From contig NC_042997.1 of NCBI RefSeq assembly GCF_006345805.1, forward strand, positions 74,710,001-74,774,000: DNA of 64,000 nucleotides, given 5' to 3'. A model generated the notes under the pieces. It saw nothing but the letters and a program-made list of their open reading frames with translations. It searched no databases and was not told the origin of the DNA. The position numbers and the translations under genes are program-made. Positions 1 through 13,574 of the stretch are shown here, in pieces; position 1 is the first letter of the stretch; each line of letters begins with the position of its first letter. The DNA comes from Octopus sinensis. Its lineage: Eukaryota.

Positions 1-45
1 ACTCAGAGTTTTATCTTGACTACCGAGTAATGTAACATATTGTAT

Positions 46-152
<107 letters not shown>

Positions 153-174
153 ATGTATATAAATGAATGCATGT

Positions 175-540
175 ATAGGTGCAGGTGTGACTATGTAAAT
201 AAGATGCTTGCTTCCCAATCATAAGTTCAGTCCCACTGTATGTCACCTTGGGTAAGTGTCTTCAACTTTTCTGCAAAAGCAGCTCGTATATATGTATGTG
301 TGTCTGTAAATGTGTACCTTAGTCTTGACATCACATGATGGTTGTAAATGGGTATCACTGCCATACAAGTGATGTTATTTCCAGTCTCCCATGAAGAACA
401 TGTCAGATCATGGGGAAGTATTACCTTGCTTACAAATAAGTGAGAGCTAGTGACAGGAAAGGACTCAGAACATAGAAAATCTGCCTCAACAAATTCCATC
501 TGACTCATGCAAGTATAGAAAAATGAATGATAAATAATGA
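175..540 (+). mobile_element. Degenerate tRNA-derived SINE with RTE-like (GAT)n tail
   Basis: The head resembles the SINE at 9545 (gttcagtcccactg, caccttgggtaagtgtcttc); it ends in a gatga-rich tail. Confidence 0.6.
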
Positions 541-720
541 TGATATATACATATATATATATGTTTCAGTCATTTGACTGCAGCCATGCAGGATCAACAC
601 CTTAAAGGATTTCTAGTCAAAGAAATCGACCCTAGGGCTTATTGTAAGCCTAGTACTTATTCTATTGGTCTCTTTTACTAAGCCACTAAGTTATGAAGAC
701 ATAAACACACCAACATCACT

Positions 721-1405
721 AAAGTTAACTCTCTGAGAACATATGTCAGATCTCGATCTTCTGGCTGCCTCTTTAATCTGTGCCGATTTACTGCCAATTC
801 AAAAGTTTTCCAGTCTCTTATTCATGACCTCCCTTATGCAGATGACTGTGACTTAGTCACTCATACAATGGATGACATGCAAATACTTATGAATCATATT
901 TCTGCTTCTCAGCATTAACCTGGACAAGACTGTTGTAATGTTCCAGCCTGCACCAGGAAATCCATGTGGAACCAGCTATCTTGGTTGAAGGAACAATTCT
1001 GAAAGTGGTAGACAAGTTTGTCTACCTGGGTAGCACATTCAGCCATTCTTGCTCCCTGGATGATGAAATATCTTTCAGGCAACTGATTCCTTCTGGTCTC
1101 TTCAGTCTTGTGTCTGGTTTCAGTATGGCATCACAATGAAAACAAAAATTGCTGTGTACCATGCATGTGTACAGACATTGCTCCTTTACTCATGTGAGAC
1201 ATGGACCTTTTACAAACATCATGTAAGGATCCTTGAATGCTTTCATCTGAGATGTCTGAGATACATTCTGAATGTTGGCTGGACCATAAAAACTCCAGAC
1301 ATACAAGTCCTTAGGAAAGCCAATATCTTGAGTATTGAGGCAATGGTGCACAAGCACTAGTTACATTGGACTGAACACCTTATTAGAATGAAGGATAGCA
1401 GGATT
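721..1405 (+). mobile_element. RTE/BovB-like LINE fragment (RT), older copy of the family at 18633-20482
   Basis: YADD (TATGCAGATGAC) and the downstream LLYSCETWT region; close DNA similarity to the reverse complement of about 19020-19760; frameshifted. Confidence 0.8.
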
Positions 1406-1915
1406 GCACACATCTTGCTGATGAGATTGTGTGTGAGTAATTGCTACAATTAAGAACTCCAATGAATCAGAAAATCCCAACAATTAGATCATTTAATTGA
1501 TTATGGGAGGAATTTCAACCATGTTTTGTGGTCTGCTACCACAACAGCTCCTTTATAGGATCCAGTTAGCTCAAGACATCATCAGGAGGAACCACATCCA
1601 GTTTTGGCCCCTACTCCTCTACCATTTAAGTAACAATTTTTTGAATAACGCAAAAAAAGTATGATAGCTTACTTGCTAATTATACTTCCATGTATAATTG
1701 AAATCACACTAACGTGATGGCAAAAGTTCATTCCACTTAAATAATGTATACTCAGTCATACACTTACAATACACTCAGCATATCATTTATTGTAACAGTG
1801 AACCACCAGTTCTAAGACAAAAACATATCTGTTTAAACATATACTTAGTTTTATATATAAACTCTAAATATTCTTGTTGCAGTTACTTTTTATTTCACAC
1901 TTCTCACTACCTTAC

Positions 1916-2138
1916 CTCAATTTGTTGATGAACATTTTCAGGCATTTCCTGATCATAGGTCTTCAGTAGCTCTATTGTTTCCTTCAAAGGTTCAAACATC
2001 ATGTCAGTATCATCTTGTCGTTTATGGACAGCATTCAGTTGTTCCATAACTGCCACTAACTGGTCATAGTCACCCTCTTCAACAGTTTTACCCAAGCCTT
2101 CATCAGCAATCTTAATAAATTCTTCAAGTTCGTTTAGA
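1916..2138 (-). CDS. DNAH9: Dynein heavy chain exon (223 nt, phase 2-0): (S)LNELEEFIK...[28 protein letters not shown]
   Basis: Acceptor gatttgtag|T; donor GAG|gtaagg; inside ORF 1907..2209. Confidence 0.94.
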
Positions 2139-5100
2139 CTACAAATCAAATAAGGACAATCTGAGAATGAAAAACAAGTACATATTCCCCAACAAAATTG
2201 AAAAAGCATGTAAACTTTGATTGATTAGTTCATAATCCCCTTGATTGATTGGTTCATAATCCCCTTGTTAAATCAATCAATATGTAAAATGCTTCTGAGA
2301 AGAAAAGTTTTTCTATTGTATCTCATTTCTCTTTATTGCTTGGAATAATTAACAGGTTAATATAAAAATAAAGAAAACATATTTTCTCAGTTTCAATAGA
2401 ATTATATAATACACCCACAAAACATGTAGTCTAATTATCTACTTGATAAAACAAAAATAATATAAAAACATTTTCTTTTCCACAAAAATAATTATACATA
2501 ATATTTCAATAAAAGATTTTCCATCACTCAGTCCTATCTTTCTTTACTTACCTATTTATCACATGGTCAATCAAATATTGTTTAAACATAAAACTCCATT
2601 TCTTAATGATGTTTAGTAAGCCATACTTGAACGGTCGTATATCTACACGGAACCAATTGTCAAAAATCATGATCTTTTTTATACCTTTAGCCTCTTCATA
2701 AACCAGTTCAAATGTATCAATCTAAAGAAAGGAGAGAAGATAAAAAACTTATAACATTAGTATAATCTTATTCCTGTGGATGAATTGTTTCTCAGATTCT
2801 GATATGATCAAGGAAACAATAAGTCATACAATTCCATTCTAGTGAATTGTAAGGAAAACAAAAGTTTTTAAACTACAAAGTCTTCAATTATGTTAAAATA
2901 AGGTGAATAACAATATAGAATAAAAATGTTTCAACTGTCACTTTGCTCACCACCAACATAAACCAATAATGTTTAAACACTACTTGATTGCCCATGTGAT
3001 AATACAGTAGAAAAATATGTACTGCATAGTCTCTGAATAGACTGCCATTCAGAGCATATGATTCTACTTTAGAATTTCAGCCAACAATTTCTATGCAGGT
3101 TAGGATAAGAGCACAATCATTGAAGTGTGAAGGTTGACCTCAAATAATTTAAAGGATATAGACCTTTAGCATCATCATCGTCATCATTTAACATCTGTTT
3201 TCCATGCTAGCATGGGTTGGACGGTTTGACCGGGGTCTGGGAAGCCATGAGGCTGCACCAGGCTCTAGTCTGATCTGGCAGTGATTCTCCAGCTGGATGC
3301 CCTTCCTAATGCCAACCACTCTGTGAGTGTAGTGGGTGCTTTTTACTTGCCACTGGCACAGAGGCCAGAGGAAATAGGCGACGGCCTCAATTGGTTGGTG
3401 CTTTTTACATGCCACCGGCACGGAAGCCAGTCAAGTGCTTTTTATGTGCCACTAGCATAGGTATCACAACTACAATTTCCATTTGATTTTCATTTTGATG
3501 TTGATGTACTTGACTCAATAGGTTTCCTCAAGCACAGCAGGTCACCCTATGATACAAGGTACTTTTGAATGGGCTGGGGCTGGTTATGCGAAACTAGTGT
3601 AGGATACAGCTGTGAACTCACTTTATTTGCTGGGTCTTTGCAGTCACAGCATATCTCCAGAGGTCCCGGTCTTTCATCATTGCTTCTGTGAGGCCCAACT
3701 TTCCAAGGTCATGCTTGACCACCTCATCCCATGTCTTTCTGAGTCTACCTCTGACCTGGATTCCTTCAACTGTTTGGGAGTGGCACTTCTTCACACATCT
3801 CTCCTCATCCATCCGCAGTACATGACCATACCAGTGCTAACATCTCTCTTGCATGCCACATCTGATGCTTCTCATGTCCAACATTTCTCTCAGGACACTT
3901 ACACTCTGTCGTGTATGCACACTGACATGACTAACGGATCATGCTAGCTTCATTTCTTTCGAGCCTACGCATGTCCTCCATAGTCATGGCCCACATTTCA
4001 CTGCCGTGAAGTATGGTAGTTTGCACACATACAGCATACAATCTACCTTTCACTCTAAGCAAGAGGCCTTTTATCACCAGTAGGAGTAGAAGCTTTCTAA
4101 ACTTTGCCCCGGCTATTCTTATTCTAGTGGTCACACTCTCTGAGCATCCACCCCCACTACTAACTTGGTACCTAGGTAGTGGAAGCCATCAACAACTTCT
4201 AGTTTCTCTCCCTGGAGTATGATGGAATCTGTTTTCTGAACATCTGTGGTGTTTATTGTTCCTGTGCATCTGCCACACATGAAAGCTATCATCTCAGTTA
4301 ATCTTCCTTTGATGTTGCTGCACCTCTTATGTGTCCACAGCTTACACTGGGTACATCTTATGGAGTTTCTACCTACACCTTCTCTACAGATTGAGCAGAG
4401 CCACCTACCTGAGGGGGTGTGTGATGTGTTCGCCTTTCTACTTACTAGAACTTTGGTTTTTGCTACAGTGACTCTAAGGCCTTTTGATTCTAAACCTTGC
4501 TTCCACACCTGAAATTTCTTTTCTAGTTCTGGTAGTGATTCTGCTATAAGGGCCAGGTCATCAGCATAGAGGAACTCTCAGGGGCAACCTATCTTGAATT
4601 CTTCTGTTATCAATTGTATAATAATTACCTCAGGTGAATAAAAGTGTTTATTGTATAGGTTATTCAATCTAAAGCAATAATAGCTTGTAAGAATTGGCCT
4701 TGTAAAGCATACACAGAACAAAACTGATTTAGCTTGACAAATGAAAGTTTGAGAGAAAATATTCAGCACATAGCTTTACATGAGTATTTTATATCAAAGA
4801 ATAATATAGAAAAAAGTAATCAGAAATTAAAGAACTGCCTATAATGAAGTTGCAGTTGAATCAGGCAGCTTTGAAATGCAAATATCAGAGCAATAAAGAA
4901 TAAGAAGAGCAAAAGAGGATTACTGAATTTGAGGATCAGCTATGGAGATAGTTTTTAAAGCAAATACCCTCAAGTCCAGTCATTGTGGCATAAATGTAAA
5001 TATCAGAACTTGGAAGGTTTTCAAATGTTTAATCTCAGACAATGTTCTTTTAAGAAATTTTTCTTTGTTGTTCATTTGTACAAAATTCCTGATACTGTCA

Positions 5101-8100
5101 CTCTTATGTAAAGTTACCATTTTTTTCTATCCACTAATATGTAACTTTTGAAAGCCCTATCTCATATAAGACCAGTGTGATTTGTTTTTTAATCACAAGA
5201 CATATATTTGTCTTTTAACTGTTTAGTGTTTACAAAAATATTATTCCATAATAGTCTCTGTACAGAAAACAAGGTCAAAAAAGTAAATAACTGTTACTGG
5301 AGTCATCTGCTTACCTGTTCTTTAAAATGTTGAAGTGTTGGGGGTTTTTTAGGTGCATCTTGCTCAATTACAGTCTTAGTAGCTTGTGCAATTAAGACTT
5401 CACCATAAAGAAGGAATTGTTGCATAAATTCATTCCTATCTCTTTTCCACAAATATGAATATTTCTCAAATGTATTACTGTATTCCATAGCTTGGTTTAT
5501 CACACTATCAACTCTTGCCATAACAGTTTCTCTCATTGTAGCTATTTCATCATTTATTTCAAGATCAGGCTGTAGAAATATTAAATGTAAATAATAAACT
5601 TTATTTTTAGTAACATATTTTTCCTGTTATCCTAGCAGAAATGCCACAATTAAAAGTATTACATGAAATAACAGAGAAAGGGTTACAATGAGAGAGAGAA
5701 GATTGAGGGGAGAAAGATAATAAAGACAAACAAGGATGAGGAAACGAATGAGAAAGTTATTAGGTTGTAGAAATAGAAAGACTAATTGGAATAGAGGTAG
5801 AACACAAGGCTTAAGTAAATTGGATAGACTGATTTGCTTCACAATAATTTGTTATATATGCAAATCAATCTATCCAATTTACTTAAGCCTTTAGTAATAG
5901 TGAGTTTATAAGCAGTGTCACTGTGGACAGTTAAAGAAAATATTCAGTCATCAATAAAATCTCAAAGCAGATTGATTTATTGTAGATTGAGCTGATACCT
6001 CATTTTTTTTTTTGACCATGAAAATAATGTAGAAAAGATAAGCTGTTTACACATGTATATAAATAGTGTTGTTTAAAATCTACAGATATATTCTATGGTA
6101 CAGTATAGCATAGAAGCAATACACACTTAATGCATCTGTAACGAAGATCTGTTATCGATTCACTGAAAGGGTGTCGATCCGATCTAGTTACATACAATTT
6201 TATAAGACAATACAGACGAAGTCAGGTTGTAGGTAAAAGACAGCAGTTCGTTTATTTATTGCGATGGCGTACGTGTCTGATGGGAGAAGGACAGCCTCTG
6301 ATGTACAGCTTCTTGTTAGTTTGTTGAAGTTTGTTGATGGTCGTTGGCGGCTATGTCAGTGAGGTTGTCAGAGCCTGTTGAATGTACATCTGTTCGCTGT
6401 GGGCTGAATTGCTAGAGAGAAAGATTTGAGTTTGGCGGGCCTGAGGGAACGTTTCCCGCACATGCGCATGGGGAAGACTTCCGGTGGCCACCCGGAAGTA
6501 GTCCCATTCTGCGCATGCGCGCTGAACCCTACACAGTAGCATCACTACACATCAATAATTCATAATTTCAAATTTGAATACATTGTGTTGTACCTTTAGT
6601 AGTGAACATAATACTGCTTGTTTCTATACTTTCCTAAAATGTCATAGCTTATTCTTTAGTCAGCTGTTTGAAGACTAGAGGATAAAATATCAAAAGTTAG
6701 TTACTCCCAATCTGTCACATAAAAGTTGAATAAAGCTAATGCAAGAAGTTATGACATTAATTTTACCTCATAATTATGTACATTACTATGCTTTGCAAGC
6801 CGTTGTATGCCTGATGCTTGTGAGTATATATCATCCATGAGTCCTTCAACAAGGTCCCAGAATCCATCTGGGTTTTGAATATTCAGTGATGGAGAAAACT
6901 GCATTTCAGGAATATTTAACTCCAGTTTCACTTCAAATAGTGGATCAGTTGTTTCATGAGGGTCTGTGTTATTCAGAAAAAAATTGAGACTTGTCCCAAT
7001 GAGGGCAAAAAATCCAACAGCAACTTTCTGATCAACATAGTCAACATATGCTTTCCACTCAACTGAATCAGGATCTGCTTGAAAGTTTTCTATATTTTTC
7101 TGGAATAAATGCAAGAATAAACATATGCTATAAATACCATATATATTAAGATTACAAAGAGGACAATTGTTAATAACCATATTTTACTCAGTGTGTGGTT
7201 CTTGAAATAAGAAAAGGAAGTGTATTATAAAGAAAAAGAATTAAAGTGTGTATCTTCTGTTCAAAATGGCAACAAACATTGCTTCTCTTTTCAAGATAAA
7301 CTTTTAACTGTTTCTAGATAGTTTCCAAGATCTGGATTTATCAACATTCTATCCTGCCCTTTCCTACCATGTGACCTATGACATCTACTGCTTTACATGG
7401 TTCCACTGATAACAGTTGAGTCCCTTAAAAGGAAGATCAGTAGATTTCTCTGCAAGGGTTTGGGGATTTTCCTGAAGACTCAGTGATGTGGCATTGTCTG
7501 GAGGCCAGTAATATCTTGCAGCTTCCATTCATAAGCATCTCTGAAGAATATATGGTAACTTGAAAAAAAATTTCAAAATTGTAAGGGCTCCAGGGATCAG
7601 AATATGTCATCAGTGAGCATATTCCCCTGGGGAGTGGGCATGAAGAGCAGAGAAAGCAATGCAATATGGCAGAAAAATGCCTAAGGTAAAAGGAGCTGGT
7701 GAGCATCATGTCAACTGGCAGAGCAGACTTAGGATACTTTCCAAAGACCCAGGTTAGTAAGACTTAGAGCAAGTAGAAACAACCTTCTATCTAAGAAGAG
7801 GTCTGAGCAAGCACAGAGGAAGAAGAGTTGAGCAGCACAGGGAAGGTTCAGGCTGCATGGAGCATGGACAAGCTTGGAGCATAGGAATACTTGGTCAAAC
7901 ATTATGTAGATAGATTTCCATTATATGCAGTTCTTTGTCCAGGTTACCTATGATATCTTACCAAGCCCAGATAAACATCATATCTAAGGTAAGCATGAAA
8001 CATCATCATGTCCATTTTGAAAGAAGATCCTTAGAACACTTCAGTAGCTACCAAAGAGCTTTTGGAAATGGCTGCTATCATCAACAACCTCATCAGCTGC

Positions 8101-8801
8101 TAGGGGCAGTCACAAAGAATAATCAGTATAAATAAACACCACTACATCAAAAAGAAAGAAATTAGATTTGTCAAAACTAGAAAGAAACCAAATCCACAAT
8201 CAAAAACAAGAACAGGCACACCCTCTGACTGGCAGCTGGTTGTTGATCTGGGCAGGCTACTGAAGTTACCACAACACTTAGTACCAACACTCTTGTCATA
8301 CATTATCATCACAATGGAACTTAGAGTGCTCTGTGGAAAGAGTATATTGAAGAAGCCAAGGAAAGGTAACATGAGAAGTATTGGGAATTGGAAAAGTGAC
8401 AGGGTACTTGCTAGAAAACACATTATGAACATATACAGATAGGCTATAAAGACAGTGCAAGATGTACAGCCTGCAAAGCTCTCAACTGATTGAACTTTAC
8501 ATGGGTGGAAAAGAAAAGGATCATATTGTTGCATGTGAAGTTGCTAAGAAAGCTATCAGATTACTTTGTATTAAGAAGAATAATATATGAGTGTTTCTGC
8601 TAGGATGTAAGTCAATATGTGTCACCTCGATGTGGATGTCTGAAACATGAAACATTTGATGCCTCCAGGTCACATTATTGAAGATGTATCTCAGCTCATC
8701 TAGGAGATGTTTTACAAAGTACATACCACTGGCACTTTATGTTTAAATAGTAAAGAGAACCCTCTTCTGTACAATAAAATGTCTCTGTCATTCAAATAGG
8801 A

Positions 8802-8841
<40 letters not shown>

Positions 8842-9720
8842 CACATATTTTAATTTAGCTTTACCTGTAGAAGTTCATGAATTAGTTGCCCATTTTTAGT
8901 AATTTCTGCTGAGCGCTTTGCTAGACGATCTATTCTGTCATCCAAATTGAGCAAGAGTCCATTTTTTTCATCTTTACGCTCAAACAATGGTAGCTTATTC
9001 CATGTGGACATCAATACTTCAATTGTTTGTACATTTTCCTTTGACATTTTGAGGCTAATGTATAATTTATAAATTGTATTCTTTGTTTCTTCTATATACT
9101 CCCAGATACCTAATGAAATAGATCATGTTATCAAATAATCTCATTACATGGAAACAGCAAACTATATTAAGCATAACACTTCAATGTAGTAAGATACTGG
9201 TATTAAAAGCACAATAATTGTAGAGATTTTTAAAAAAATATGTTCCATGAGATGGACATACAAAATTAACCTTTAGGAAAAAGAAAAAAACTGTAAATGA
9301 AATCTGCAGAATGTGAGGCATTAAAGACATCAGCTGAGGTGTGTCTTCCACTTATTACAAAATTTCTTATGTTATATGGACATTCTGCACTCAGTATGTG
9401 ACTTTCTTATATGAATGAACACTTTTGTTCATTCATATCAATAAACCAGTAAAATGTGTGTGTAATGTAAGAAATTGGTTAAGATATGGAAGAAGTGAAT
9501 ATTAGACTTCAAGGATGAGATGAAATAAAATTTTGTAGACAGTGACATAGGCGCAGGAGTGGCTGTGTGGTAAGTAGCTTGCTAACCAACCACATGGCTC
9601 CGGGTTCAGTCCCACTGCGTGGCATCTTGGGCAAGTGTCTTCTGCTATAGCCCCGGGCCGACCAATGCCTTGTGAGTGGATTTGGTAGACGGAAACTGAA
9701 AGAAGCCTGTCGTATATATG

Positions 9721-9751
<31 letters not shown>

Positions 9752-12700
9752 TTGTGTGTTTGTGTGTTTGTCCCCCTAGCATTGCTTGACAACCGATGCT
9801 GGTGTGTTTACGTCCCCGTTACTTAGCGGTTCGGCAAAAGAGACCGATAGAATAAGTACTGGGCTTACAAAGAATAAGTCCCGGGGTCGATTTGCTCGAC
9901 TAAAGGCGGTGCTCCAGCATGGCCGCAGTCAAATGACTGAAACAAGTAAAAGATAAAAGATAAAAGTGAGGCAACAACAGTGGTGACAATAGTGGCAGCA
10001 ATGATAATAATGACAATATCTAGTTTATATGTATTTTATTGATAGTGAAGTAGTAGAAGAGTAGCAATTCTGAACCTAATTAACTACCATATTTTGTTTC
10101 CTAGGTGGACATAACTATTCTGCAATAACTTTGCTAATATCCTTTGGAAAGATAATGAATGTTTTACAATCTCCCATTTCCAACTTAGTTAAGAAAATAT
10201 AAATTGTTTTCATAACAAGATATCAGGTTTACAGCTTGAGGAAACTTCCTTGATGGTTCAATGGTATTTGACTTTTGTTGATAGTCATAATAGCCATGAC
10301 TAAACTGGAGGAATAGGATTGTTCAATGCAGTTAATATGCTTAACATATATGATCTGCATTAGTTGACAGAAAGAAAATATAATCTAAAAGAGTTCTAAT
10401 GCAGGGGGCTAGTTAAAATGTAGTTTAAAAGATACGACAAAAAAATGAGATCACAGCTGTAATCTACACCAGTGTCACATGACTAGCCAACTCAAAAAGT
10501 ACCCTTGGATTGTAGGGCGACATGCTGTACTTGAGGAGACCTATTGAGTCAACTACATCAACATCAAAATGAAATCAAATCACAATCAAATGGAAATTGT
10601 AGTTGTGGTCTCTGTGCCAGTGGCACGTAAAAAGCACCATCCAAATGTGGTAGGTGCCAGCCCCCTTGCCCCGACTGGCTTCTGTGCCAGTGGCACATAA
10701 AAAGCACCATCCAAACATGGCCGATGCCAAACCACCTTGACTGGCTCCCATGCTGGTGGCACGTAAAAAGCATCATCCGATCGTGGTTGATGCCAGCCCC
10801 TTCTGGCCCGTGCTGGTGGCACATAAAAAGCACCCACTACACTCAAAGAGTGGTTTGCATTAGGAAGGGCAACCAACTGTAGAAACACTGCTAGATCAGA
10901 CTGGAGTCTAGTGCAGCCTCTTGGCTTTTCAGACCCCAGTCGAACCATCCAATCCAGATCAGCATGGAAAATGGACATTAAACGATGATGAGGAGGAGGA
11001 GGGGGATGACAGGAGCAGAATTTAAGTCAGATATATGACATGTAGTTTCAGGTGAAATGTAACATATTGAACCACTGGCTATTTAAAGTATGTATAGCAT
11101 AATTTCATTCCACTACAACACTTTTGGTTACTCCAAGAAGACATATAACTGAATAACCCAGTCTAATTATCTAACAAGAGATATTGCTCCTGTTTCACAA
11201 AAAAAGGGATTCTCTGAAGCATCTCTGTAATAATGTTACTCAGAGATCACAGCCCCAGTACTTTAGACATGTAATGAGAATGTTGCAGGAAAGAATCGCA
11301 TGAAGGATTCAAGCTGAACCAACCAGCAGGAGATCTAGGGGTAGTCCAAGAATGAGATGCCTGGATAATATCCATAGTCTCAGCTAGTCATACTTGCGAA
11401 TCCAGCAAGAAAGTGTAATGATGGTTGCTACTGATAGGACCCTATAAATGAAGTACTTGAGGACTCCATTCTTATGATCCTCTCAAGAATAGAGGGCAAG
11501 AAGATGGGCAGTTATTCAAAAGGGCTTTCAGTTGTAGAGGTCCAATATTCCATCAACTCATGTTAAAGTTTACAAAATATTGTTCTACTTATGCAATGCA
11601 GAAAATACTGTTAAAACAGTAGCTCAGGCATCATTTGTCTATTTTGGCATGATTTCTATGGCTGGATGCCCTTCCTAACACCAACCACTTTTCTTTAATT
11701 AGATTATTCATACAGCAGGTACAAGGCCATAAAACTGTAAGGGGAGAGACATATCTAAGTAAAACTGTGTACAATTTGTATAAATAGTGTACAATTTCAA
11801 TCTTCTAGTAATTTTCCAATTCCAACTTTGGTAACAACCTACATAAAAACAAAAACATACACAAAATATAAAACAAAAACAAACCTTCGCTATTCCAGTT
11901 CATTTGCTTTTCAGCTTGATGAAGCTGCTCATCAATTACGCCAAGCTGGTTGACAATAAGAGGAAATTCCACAGTAAGGGCTGATGTACGAATATCATCG
12001 TACCAAAATACTGTTTGGTCAAGGTTTGTTACATACCGATAGAAATCATCTCTTCTAGCATATAATTCATTGCTGCTGTCAGGGATATTTGAAATACCTC
12101 TAATTTCCATGTATTTCACCTCTTTTAGGACAGCAGTTAGCTGAATATGTAAGAACACAGTTAGATTAAAATTAGTTAAATGGCTTTTTTAACTGTAGCT
12201 GTTGGAAGAAATTTTAAATATATTGAAACAATATCATATTTTAAAATGAATATTAGAAATATCATACTGCAAAATATTCAATACATACAATAATCCTATA
12301 TACCGTAATAATGCAACATAATAATATCATACATAGCAATACACTATAAAGAGCAATATCATATATAACAACACTATTAATATCATATAAAACATTTATA
12401 TGTTACTGAATGAAGCTCCACATTATTTTACCATTTCTAATTCTATATTATCCAAATAAATATTTCTTTTTTAAATTTCAACATTCTTGATACTTAATGA
12501 AACCAGGAATGTTAACTGTCAACATGTGAAAGATTGGTCATTGCCATAAGTAAAATAGCCTCATAATCTTTATAAAACTAAAATTCAAAGTTCATTTTTG
12601 TTTGTGAATTCCATAGCAAAACTAGTACTTTGTTGTGATAAAATGTTTGACTTCTATACTTTCTATATATTTTTTGTAAAATAATTTCCAGTGTATTTCT

Positions 12701-13541
12701 GATCAGTGGAACCTTCAAAATAGAAAGATTTTTGTGCCTTATTACATCACAATGGAAAAGAAACATCTCTCCAATGATAAACAACAGACAATAATAAATA
12801 GAACAGTCAGATAGACATACAAAAAAGCAAAATCCTACAGAGACTGACATACAAAGACACCACATGCACACATAGACATAATATACCAAATGCATAAACA
12901 CACAAAAAAAGCACACCCAGACTTCTAATAGCAAACACACATATATAGATTTATATGTAAGCATTTATCGATTTAAAACTATTTCAGTGAGAGACTGAAC
13001 TAAAGGTAAATTAGTTTATAATGTATGAAATATATAATTAATGTCTTCTGCAATTTTAAGAGTTATGAAATGTTTGTCTTTGAAATGTTTGAAATGTCTT
13101 TGAAATGTTTGTCACAAAGGAATAGGTATCTCTATTCGTTTGTCTCTCTTACTCTCTCTCCCTTTCTGCATGCACAAACACATATTAGATAAATAGATAG
13201 AAAGAGATGCTATGTTATATATATATATAAGAGTGCACTTTTCTATGCAAATCTTTAACACTCTAGTACTGAAAACTGTAAACTTTCACATGGAACTTTT
13301 GCATACAATGATATTAAAAACAAAATGGTATCAAAATAATTGTAACTGGTTATTGAAGATGTACTAGTCTTTCTTTGTCTTCTTATTGGGAATACATATG
13401 TATGTACATATGTACACACACACGCACACACCGCATGCACATACATACATACATACATACATACATACATACATACATACATACATACATACATACATAC
13501 ATACATACATACATACATACATACATACATACATACATACA

Positions 13542-13574
<33 letters not shown>

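Noticed and set aside
1410-1600. CTGATGA motifs at about 1418 (+) and 1578 (-) as hammerheads
   Set aside because: No convincing helix I or GAAAC...GUH in register; at most a decayed PLE end.
2216-2280. 24-bp tandem duplication with a short inverted TTGATTGATT/AATCAATCAA near an acceptor
   Set aside because: Small local slippage about 80 bp from the splice site; no evidence of function.
9545-9625. tRNA gene
   Set aside because: A/B-box-like head of a SINE; no cloverleaf or anticodon arm can be supported.
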